A DNA stretch of 64,000 bases from Candidatus Oxydemutatoraceae bacterium (lineage in GTDB: Bacteria > Pseudomonadota > Gammaproteobacteria > Poriferisulfidales > Oxydemutatoraceae), in assembly GCA_965219575.1 (NCBI GenBank), contig OZ244779.1, forward strand, positions 64,001-128,000, in the 5' to 3' direction. The position numbers were made by a program, and so were the translations under genes. The notes below the pieces were generated by a model. That model was not told the origin of the DNA, did not search any database, and was given only the letters and a program-made list of their open reading frames with translations. This document shows positions 20,301 to 32,300 of the stretch, one piece after another; the stretch's first letter is position 1, and each line of letters opens with the position of its first letter.

Positions 20301-23300
20301 ATCAACCCTTGCAACTTCGGGTGTGCCGGATTGAATACCGAATACCAGATCGCTAGAAATATCGTCGGCATCGGCATCATTTAGCACTACCTCAAACTCG
20401 GTCTCTGTTCCTTCCAACAACCTAATCCGGCGCGCAGGTAGACCACTAATCGTCGGCGACACATTCACACGCGTTGAATAACTATAGCCTTGCGAATACA
20501 CCGCCTCGCGATAACCTTGACCATCGGTATAAGTCCCTGCTGCGCGAAATAGACTGCCACCTTCTACTAAAGGAAACGCACTGCCACCTTCCACCGAAAT
20601 ACTAGAACCCAATATCATGTATTGTGTTCCGGTAGCGTCGTCAATATCCAGCCAATCATTTGCCGACGGACAGCCCGCTTCATTTCCTGCACAGACTTGC
20701 CATTGATACGCCACAGCCCCATTAATTCCATTGTCGGGATCGTCGGATAATACCATCGTCGTCAATGTCGTCCCTGCGCTTACTATTTCTATGGCGGTTC
20801 CTAATCTCGCCGAACCATTGTTTCTCTTATTCACCACAACCGATAATGTTCTTGTCGTAAAGAGTGCCCCGTCGCTTACTCTCACCTCCAGATTGAGGGT
20901 TGTTCGGGCGGATGCGGCATCTTTTATATAGTCCGGTGGAATACCGAGTGTTGCCGGATTGCTATTGTCATTGCTCAATACCCCGGAATCCTCGCTCCAG
21001 CGATACATTAAGTCGTCATAGTTCGGATCACTCGCACTCACGCTAATGTCCTGCGTATCACCTTCGTTTATCATTTCCGCTCCGGAAACGATAATAACCG
21101 GTCGTTCATTCGCAATCGTATGCGAGTTCGACTGGATAATTACCGATTGTCCTATACTATCCACAACCATCATTTCTAAACTATAGCTTGTGCCTGCAGT
21201 GCGTCCTGCTCTAGTGTCCGGTATCGTATAGGTTTGACTGGTGGCACCCGCTATCGCAACACCATTTCTATACCACCGATAATCTACCTCAACGATACCG
21301 TTCGCATCCTCTATCGTTGAAGCTGCGCGTAGTAACCATTTATCACTGTTATCCGGTTCTATGCGCAAGCTACCGCTCGGTTTTGCATCAATCAATAATG
21401 TGAAGGTCGTCCGTGTGCTGCCGCCTATACCGTCATCGACAAACACGGTCACCATCAAACCTGTCTCGTTCTTGCTTGCATCTCCGATTAGCGGCACACC
21501 GACCAAAGTTCCCGTCGTAGTGATTACGATGCTTTGCGGCAACCCGACTGCGCTATACCTTAATACATCATCGTCGGCATCGGCAAAAAACTCGCTGGTC
21601 TTCAGCTCGAATGCTTCTCCTACCGTTGCCACAACTCGCGACGGCACATTGTCGAACAACACCTGCGGTGGTGTATTGACCCGTACCATAACCTCTGTAT
21701 CGGTACTAACATTCTTACTATCGGTTGCGGTGAATGTAATTGTCGCTTCTCCACTTTGCTTGGCGGTTAGCATGAGGGTGATAATCGTATCGGTCGTTAT
21801 CGTGTCGGTTTGTGTCGGTAGCACCGATACCCTAGATCGGCTTGACGACACCGCCTCCAAAACAACACGATCGCCGACATCAAAATTAGTGTCCGACAGC
21901 AGCACCACGACCTGTGTAGTGTTGCCCAGCCCTATCGTTTGCATAGGTACGGCAATCACCTCAAGCATCGGGGCTTCGTTCCCTTCCACTTCCACCTCAA
22001 ACCGTTCCGAAACCTTGGAGTTTGACACACCTCTATCATCATTGACCGTCGCAGTGATTGTTGCAATACCGGCACCAACACCGGTAATCTTAATCGTACG
22101 GGTCGTACCTGCTCCCGCCACATCAACTCTTGCAACTTCGGGTGTATCGGACCGAACACCGAATACTAGATTGCTAGAAATATCGTCGGCATCGAGATCG
22201 TTTAGCTCCACCTCAAACTCGGCCTCTGTTCCTTCAAACAGCCTGATCCGTTGTGCAGGCAGGCCGCTAATCGTCGGCGACGCATTGACACGCGTTGAAT
22301 AACTATAGCCTTGCGAATACACCTCCTCACGATAACCTTGACCATCGGTATAAGTCCCTTCTACACGAAATAGACTGCCACCCTCTACTAAGGGAAATGT
22401 ACTGCCATCTTCCACCAAAATACTAGAACCCGATATCATATACCGTATCCCGCCGGCATCGTCAATATTCATCCAATGACTCTGCGAAGGACAACGCCCT
22501 TCATTCCCTTCACAGACTTGCCATTGATACACCATAGTCCCACTAGTGCCTCCGTCGGGATCGTCGGATAATATCATCGCCGTTGATGTCGTCCCCCTGC
22601 TTCCTATTTCTACGGAGATTCGTATCGTTGCAGAACCATTATTTTTCTTCCTCACTTCTACCAATACCGCACTTGTCGTAGCGAGCTCCCCGTCGCTCAC
22701 TTCTACCTCCAAATTGAGCGTCGTTCGGGTGGATGCGACATCTTTTATATAGTCGGGTGGAACATTGAGTGTTGCCGGGTTACTATGCTCATTACTCAAT
22801 ATCCCGGAATCCTCGCTCCAGCGATACATTAAGTCGTCATAGTTTGCATCACTCGCACTCACGCTAATATTTTGCGTATCGCCCTCAGCGATCATCTCCG
22901 CTGCAGTAATGCTTGTGATAACCGGTCGTTCATTTGCAATGACATAGAGGTTGGATTCGATAACCACCGATTGTCCCAGGTTATCCATGATTATTAGGTC
23001 TAGTCTATAACTTGTGCCGGTAGCACGCCCCGCTCTATTGTCGGTTATCATATAGGTTCGGCTGGTAGCATCCGTTATAGCGATACTGTTTCTATACCAC
23101 CGATAATTCACCCCAACGATATCGCTTGCATCCGCTATCGTTGAAGTCGAACGCAACAGCCATTTATTAGTGTCGTCCGGTGTTATGCTAACACTGTCGT
23201 TTGGTCGTGCATTAACACGCACCGATAGAGCCACACTACCGCGCAACCCGGCACCGTCCATTACGATGAATGTTATCGCCGCTGTTCCTGCCTTAACACC

Positions 23301-26300
23301 GGTTAATGTAAAGGTTATGCTCGTATCGGTCGTTATCGTATCGGTTTGCGTCGGTACCACCGATACGATAGACCGGCTCGATGACATCGCCTCCAAAACG
23401 ACACGATCGCCGATATCAAAATTAGTGTCCGACACCAACACCACGACCTGTGTGGTGTTGCCCGGCTTTATCGCGAGCTGCGGCGCAATAATAATCTCAA
23501 GCATCGGAGCTTCGTTCCCTTCGACTTCCACCTCAAACTGTTTTGAAACCTCGGAGTTCGACACACCTCTGCCGTCATTCACCGTCGCAGTGACTGTCGC
23601 AATACCGACACCGATAGCGGTAATCTTAATCGTGCGGGTCGTACCTGCTCCCTCTACACTTACGCTTACGACTTCGGGTTCATCCGATTGAATACCGAAT
23701 ATTAGATCACTTGATATATCGTCGGTGTCGGCATCGCTTAGCACTACAACAAACTTGGTCTCGGTTCCTTTGAACAGCCTAATCCGTTGCAAAGGTATAC
23801 CGCTAATCTTCGGCGAATTATTCACACGCTCTCTATGAGTATATCTCGGAGCGTCAATCGTTTCACTATAACCTTGACCATCGGTATAAGTCGCTTCTGC
23901 ACGAAATACACTGCTATCTTTTACTATCTGAAATCTGCTGCCGCCTTCCAACAAAATACTAGAACCCGATATGATGTACTGGGCTTCGGTAGCTCCCTCA
24001 ATATCCAGCCAATCATTCTCCGAAGGACAAAAGAATCCGTTCCCTTCACATACCTGCCATTGATACGCCACAGCCTCACCGGTGCCTCCGTCAGGATCAT
24101 CGGAGGATACGGTTGTCATGATTGCCGTATCTCCGTTTATTTCGTCTAGGGAGAGTCCTAATCTTGCAGAGCCATTATTTTTCTTGTTCACCACGACCAG
24201 TACCGTTCTTGTCGTAAAGAGCTCCCCGTCGCTTACTCCCACCTCCAGATTGAGTATCGTTTGGGTGGATACGGCATCTCTTATATAGTAGGGTGGAATG
24301 CTTAATCTCGCCGGATTGCTATTCTCATTGCTCAATACCCCGGAGTCCCCAATCCAGAGATACATTAAGTCGTCATAGTTCGGATCACTCGCTGTCACGC
24401 TAATGTCCTGCGTATCACCCTCACTGATCATCTTTGCCACAGGAACGGTAATAATCGGTCGTTCATTTGCAACCGTATAGGAGTTTGAGCGAATAACTAC
24501 CGATTGCCCTAGACTATCGATGACCGTCATTTCTAAACTATAGCTTGTGCCTGCGGCGCGTCCCTCTCTATTGTCCGCTATCGTATAGGTCGGGCTGGTA
24601 GCACCCGCTATCGCAACACCCTCTCTATACCATTGATAATTTACCTCAACAATGCCGTTCGCATCCTCTACGATTGCAGTCAATAGCCATTGGTCATCGG
24701 GATCTACACGCACACCACCGGTCGGCTTCGCATCGACAGACACCAGCAAAGAGACACTATCGGTTGACACGCTCCTATCCGTTGCAGTGAATACAATAGT
24801 CGCTGTTCCTGCTTTAATACCGCTTAGTGTGAAGGGTACGCTCATATCGGTCGCTATAGGGTCGGTTCTCGTCGGTATCACCGATACGATAGAGCGGCTT
24901 GACGACATCGCCTCCAAAACCACACGATCGCCGACATCAAAATTAATGTCCGATATCAAAACCATTACCTGTGTGGTGTTGCCCAGCCCTAGTATTTGCT
25001 GTGGGAAAACAATAACCTCAAGCATCGGGGCTTCGTTCCCTTCGACTTCCACCTCAAACCGTTCCGAGACTTCGGAGTTCGACATACCTCTACCATCGTT
25101 GACCGTCGCAGTGATTGTCGTAATACCGACACCGATAGCGGTAATCTTAATCGTACGGGTGGTACCCGCGCCTTCTACATCAACCCTTGCAACTTCGGGT
25201 ATGTCGGATTGAATACCGAATACCAGATCGCTTGATATATCGTCGGCATCGGGATCGTTCAGCTCCACCTCAAACTCGGTCTTTGTTCCTTCCAACAACC
25301 TAATCCGTTGTACGGGTAGTCCGTTAATCGTCGGCGACGCATTGACACGTTTTGAATAACTATAGCCTTGCGAATACACCTCTTCGCGATAGCCCTGACC
25401 ATCGGTATAAGCCCCTTCTACGCGAAATAGACTGCGACCTTCTACTAAAAGAAATAGATCGCCACCTTCCACCGAAATACTAGAACCCAATATCATGTAT
25501 TGTGTTCCGGTGGCGTCGTCAATATCCAACCAATCATTAGCCGACGGACAACCCGCTTCATTTCCTGCACAGACCTGCCATTGATACGCCACAGCCCCAC
25601 TCATTCCATTGTCGGGATCGTCGGATAATACCATCGTCGTCAGTGTCGTCCCTGCGCTTACTATTTCTATGGAGGTTCCTAATCTCGCAGAACCATTGTT
25701 TCTCTTGTTCACCACGACCGATACCGTCCCGGTCGTAGCAAGCTCTCCATCGCTTACTCTCACTTCTAAATTAACTGTTGTCCGAGAGGATACGGCATCT
25801 TGTATATAGTCCGGTGGAATACCGAGTGTTGTCGGATTGCTATTGTCATTGCTCAATACCCCGGAATCCTCGCTCCAGCGATACATTAAGTCGTCATAGT
25901 TCGGATCTCTCGCAATCACGCTAATGTCCTGCGTATCACCTTCGTTTATCATCTCCGCTACAGTAATACTTGTGATAATCGGTCGTTCATTCGCAATCAT
26001 ATAGGAGTTTGATTGGATAACTACCGATTGTTCTATACTATCAATGACCGTCAGTTCTAAACTATAGTTTGTGCCTGCGGCGCGTCCTGCTCTATTGTCC
26101 GGTATCGTATAGGTCGGGCTGGTAGCACTCGCTATCGCAACACCATTCCTATACCACCGATAATTTACCTCAACGATACCGTTCGCATCCTCTACCATTG
26201 CAGTCAACAACCATTGGTCATCGGGATTTACACGCAAGCTACCACTCGGTTTCGCATCAATCAATAGTGTGAAGGTCGTCCGTGTGCTGCCGCCTATACC

Positions 26301-29300
26301 GTCATCGACAGACACGGTCACCATCAAACCTGTCCCGTTCTTGCTTGCATCTCCGATTAGCGGCACACCGACCAAAGTTCCCGTCGTAGTGATTACGATG
26401 CTTTGCGGCAACCCGACTGCGCTATACCTTAATACATCATCGTCGGCATCGGCAAAAAACTCGCTGGTCTTCAGCTCGAATGCTTCTCCTACCGTTGCCA
26501 CAACTCGCGATGGCACATCGTCGGACAACACCTGCGGTGGTGTATTGACCCGTACCATAACCTCTGTATCGGTACTGACATTCTTACTATCGGTTGCGGT
26601 GAATGTAATCGTCGCTTCTCCACTTTGCTCGGCGGTTAGCATGAAGGTTATCATCGTATCGGTCGTTATCGTGTCGGTTTGTGTCGGTAGCACCGATACC
26701 CTAGATCGGCTTGACGACATCGCTTCCAGAACAACACGATCGCCGACATCAAAATTAGTGTCCGACACCAGCACCACGACCTGTGTGGTGTTGCCCAGTC
26801 CTGTCGTTTGCTCGGGTGCGGCAATAACCTCAAGCATCGGGGCTTCGTTCCCTTCGACTTCCACCTCAAACCGTTCCGAAACCTTGGAGTTTGACACACC
26901 TCTATCATCGTTCACCGTCGCAGTGATTGTCGCAATACCGGCACCGATAGCGGTAATCTTAATCGTGCGGGTCGTACCCGCACCTGCCACATCAACCCTT
27001 GCAACTTCGGGTATATCGGACTGAACACCGAATACTAGATTGCCGGAAATATCGTCGGCATCGGCATCATTTATTGTTACATTCAATGTGGTTTCTGTTC
27101 CTTCAAACAGCCTGATCCGTTGCAAAGGTAGACCGCTAATCGTCGGCGACGCATTGACACGCCCTGAATAACTATAGCCTTGCGAATACACCACTTCGCT
27201 ATAGCCCTGACCATCGGTATAAGTTCCTTCTACACGAAATAGACTATCACCCACTACTAAGGGAAGTGTGCTGCCATCTTCCAGCAAAATACTAGAATCC
27301 GATATGATGTATTGTGTTCCGCCGGCGTCGTTAATATTCATCCAATTACTCTCCGATGGACAACGCCCTTCATTCCCTTCACAGACTTGCCATTGATATC
27401 CTACAGCCCCACTAACTCCATTGTCGGGATCGTCGGATAATACCATCACCGCTAATGTCGTCTCTCTGCTTCCTATTTCTATGAGGTTTCCTAAAGTTGC
27501 AGAACCATTGTTCTGCTTGTTGACCACCACCGATACCGTCCCGGTCGTGGCGAGCTCTCCGTCGCTTACTCTCACCTCTAAATTAACTGTTGTTCGGGTG
27601 GATGCGGCATCTTTTATATAGTCCGGTGGAATGCCGAGTATTGCCGGGTTACTATGCTCATTGCTCAATATTCCGGAATCCTCGCTCCAGCGATACATTA
27701 AGTTGTCATAGTTCGGATCACTCGCACTCACGCTAATATTTTGCGTATCGCCTTCACCGATCATCTTCGTTGCAGTAGTGCTTATGATAACCGGCCGTTC
27801 ATTCGCAACTCTAAGCGAGTTGGATTGAATAACTACCGATTGCCCTATACTGTCTATAACCGTCAGTTCTAAGCGATAGCTTGTGCCGGTCGCACGCCCT
27901 TCTCTATTATCCGCTATCATGTAGTTCCGATTGGTGGCATTAGCTATCACAACGCCATTTCTATACCACCGATAATCCACCTCGGCTATACCGTTCGCAT
28001 CCTCTATCGTTGAAGTCGAACCCAATAACCATTTATTGCTGCTATCCGGTTCTATGCGCACACTACCGGTCGGCTTCGCATCGACACGCACCGACACGGT
28101 TTCACTATCGGCCGCCCCTTTGCTATCGATTACAGTAAACCTAACCATTGCAGTACCCCCTCTGACACCTTTCAGCGTAATGCGCTCCGTCTTATTACTA
28201 CTTATTCCGGCAATTTGCCTCGGCTCTACTAACACTTCCGATACCACGGATGATGTTAATAACACCCTATCGCCGGCATCAAAATTATCATCCATCACTT
28301 CGACCGAGATCACTATCCTGTCATCCACCGATATCAATTCGGACAGTGATGTGATTGTAATTTTAGGGGCATCGTTCGTTTCTGTGGTCACCACAAATGT
28401 CGTACTACTTACAGAATCGGCTGAACCTTCACCGTCGTCCACCGACACCGTAATCTCCGACCTACCGATATCCGAACCGGTGAAAACACGAAGTGTACGA
28501 ACTAAACCGCCGCCTTCGGCTATGCTCGCAGTTGCAATGTTGTCGTTGCTAGACTTAACACCGGTCTTGAATTGGGTCGGATCGTCGCCAATACCGACAC
28601 TTAATACGACATTCAAATCTTTCACGGTCTCCGTCAATAATCTGATATCCGATATCGGTTCTATAGGTGCTGTGCGTACGATTTGAAGTTGCCCGGTCAG
28701 CGGTGTGCCGCAATCCGGATCTTCGGCAGTGCCACATGCCGGTTGACTTTGATCAAGTCCTACCGCATATTCAAGCGTCGGGTATTGATCGGTTGCGCTA
28801 AAATCCCAATCGGCAGTACTCCAATCGTAATAAATCTCTGTCACACTATTGCCCGGTTGCGTAGGTATTTGCATCTCTACACTGGTCCTAGAAATGCCAC
28901 CGGCACTTACTACGGTGGGGTTATTGGTTTTATTCCAATAACTTTTTTCAACATGACCGTCCCTATTCTCTCCGATTAGTCCGCCGCTATTGGCATCTCC
29001 TCTTACACGACCTGTCGCATAGCTTTTAGTAACTCTGCCGACACCCGAGTTGTTAGCTAGACCTAGATTAACCCCGACTAATCCACCGACCCCGTCTTTG
29101 CCTCTCACATTACCTTGAGCATAGCTGTTTATAATGGCTCCTCTTGCACTCCATCCGACCAAGCCTCCGATATAGCGATTCGCACCGTCCACATTACCTC
29201 TAGCATAACTATTCGTAATCGTACCCTGAAGATTATTACCGACAAAGCCTCCGACTCCGTTATCGCCTTTTACAAATCCGAGAGCATAACTATTCGTAAT

Positions 29301-32300
29301 AGCTCCTGAATTCCAACCGGCTAAACCCCCCACATCCGCCCTGCCTATAATGCGCTCTCCGGTATAACTATTTGTAATAATCCCGCTATTTTCCCCGGCT
29401 AAGCCACCGACTCTACCGCCCCCGTCCACTTTGACTTCCGCTCTGCTACGCATAATAATCCCGGTATTGTTGTTCCTGCCAACCAGACCACCGACTTCTT
29501 CCTCACCGTTCACATTCCCTTTTGCATAGCTATCGCTGATTGTGCCACCGTCGTTATCACCCACCAAACCACCGACATTCCGACGAAGTCCCACTACCGT
29601 ACTGCTTGAATAACTATCGGAAATCGTCCCACCACGATGCCAACCGACTAATCCTCCCACATCGTACGTGCCACTCCCTCTCACTTGTCCTGTTACATAA
29701 CTACCGATGATAGAACCGCCCTGTTTGTACCCGACTAAGCCACCTACACCTTGATTACCCGAAATATTCACATCTAATAAGCCGACATTTGCTATCTCGG
29801 CATTACTCGCCGTGATACCGAATAAACCAACACCTCTCGCAGCACTACTCCTATCTATTCTTAAGTTAGCAATCGTATGACCCTTTGCATTGAATGTGGC
29901 ATCAAAAGGTGCTTTTGAAGTACCGATCGGTAGCCAACCCGAACCCGTCGTCCAAGCCGTGCCGATAATTCCACTACGATAACTTGTGCTTCGTTCAAAA
30001 TCTAAACTCCGTTTTAGTTCATAGCCCTTACAACCCGCATCGGGACAACCTGTGGTAATCTTATCCGCCGTCTCGTTTTGTCTATAACCGCTACCGTCCA
30101 ACTGATAGCGAATGGCATCCAAACCTTCCAAATCATTTATTTCTATCAAGCCGTTGTTGTCTATATCAACATCTGTTATAAAAATAAATACTTCGGATAT
30201 AAGTACTTGTACATAGCCTTGCCCGTCGGTATAAGCATACTGTACGCGATACTCGGCGTAGGCCGTATCTTCGGGAACACGATACATATTGCCGGTAACA
30301 CCTTCTATGTCTATCCAATCGGCGTTTATATCCGCTCGCCGTTGCCACAAATAACTATTTATCGTGCCGGAACCGTCCGGGTCTGTTGACAAGTCTACTT
30401 CGGGGGCAGTTAATGTTCTATCCGATCGTGTAATAATAGGATCCGACTGTACTGCGGTACCATTATCCGCCTTAGCGATTGTCAATCTTAGGTCTTTAGT
30501 CTCAGTCTTCGTGCCATCGTTGATTTCCAATCTAATCGTAATCTCACGATCATCTTCGGTTTTGCTCAGGGAAAGCTCGGGTATCGGTACATCCAAAACC
30601 GCTTGACTAATTCCTTCCACCGGTAGTAGACGAAGCATTCCCGATACTTGTGTCCATTTATAACGCAATGTACTTTCATCTACATCCCGGGCGGTTGTTC
30701 TCTTTAGTATGATGCGCTCACCCTCGTTAAAAGTTCTATCGTTAAAGGCAAGCGTATATCGGATCAGTACATCATGGGATGTTAGCACTTCAACGGTAGC
30801 CGTAGTAACACCGACAGTGTTCAATGAAATCTCGGAACTCGTAGTACCACTCGGCATCCGTTCTCTGAAACCCCCACTACTTTCAATAATAATATCGGTA
30901 TCAAAGTTCGCAGCAGCCGGGGTCAGACGGATTTGCCTTATGTCGGTCTCGTCTATAACGCGATAACTTAATACTTCGGGCTTAAAGAACGGCGACAATA
31001 TCAAGCTACTCGGCAAACCCAATCGGAGCAACCCGAGACGTTGGTTCGGCTGCAATGTGCCGTCGCTATATTTGAGAGCAGGGTATTGTTCGGATGTGCC
31101 GAAATCCCATACATCGTCATCCCAGCTACTATATATCCCGGTCGATGTCGTGGGCAATTGCAACTCCGAAGTCGTCTTGCCTCTGCCACCGACACTACTC
31201 GCTCTACCGCTGGTCTGCCTATCCCAATAGCTATGTGTAATAACACCTGAACCAGCTGCGTTAAAACCGCCAGCATCGCGTTCCGCTACCACATTGCCGG
31301 TAGCATAGCTATTGGTAATAACACTCAGATGGAATCCGACAAAACCGCCAGCACCGCTTTCCGCTACCACATTGCCGGTGGCATAGCTATTGGTAATACT
31401 ACCATCAGTATCATGAAATCCGACAAAACCGCCACCGTCGTTGCCCGCTGTCACATTGCCGGTAGCATGGCTATTGGTAATAACAGCTGAACTAAATCCA
31501 ACAAAACCGCCAACGGTTTCGCCTCCCCGCACATGACTGGCCGCATAACTATTGGTAATACTGCCTCCTTCAGCCACTCCGATAAAACCGCCAACGGTTT
31601 GTACCGCTGCCACACTGCCGGTAGCATAGCTATCGGTAATAACAGCTGAACTAAATCCAATAAAACCGCCAACGGTTCCTCTCCCTCCCACATGACTGGC
31701 CGCATAACTATTTATAATGCGTGTTCCCTCACTTTGCCCGATAAAACCACCGGTTACTATGTCCCCTTCCACATTGCCGATAGCATGGCTATTTCTAATA
31801 CTACCAACTAAACTAATTCCGATAAAACCACCAACACCTCTGCTTTCCTCACCTCCTTGCACACGGCCGGTCGCATAGCCATTGATAATATTTACATCAT
31901 CAGTACTCCCGATAAAGCCGCCTACTCTTGAGCCTCCTTGCCCTCCCTGCACATTCCCGATAGCATAACTATTCATAATGCGTGTTCCCCCACTTTGCCC
32001 GATAAAACCGCCAATGTTTTCGCTTCTTTGGCGTACTTGTACCATACCGATTGCATAACTATTTGTAATACTACCACCGAGAGCGTGTCCGATAAAACCG
32101 CCCACTCTCCTTATTCCTGTAACACTTCCGGTTGCGTAGCTGTCGTCAAAATCAATGGCTCCAATAGCCCCACCCAAAAAACCGCCCACTCTCCTTATTC
32201 CTGTAACACTTCCGGTTGCATGGCTTTTATCAATCCTTCCACCTTTTTCATTGATAAGACCTACTAGGCCACCTACCCCTATCGCTATGCCTGTTGCGAC

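Noticed and set aside
17659-32267. Many 60-310 aa plus-strand ORFs, some repeated
   Set aside because: Antisense shadows of the giant gene; their repetition only mirrors its internal duplication.
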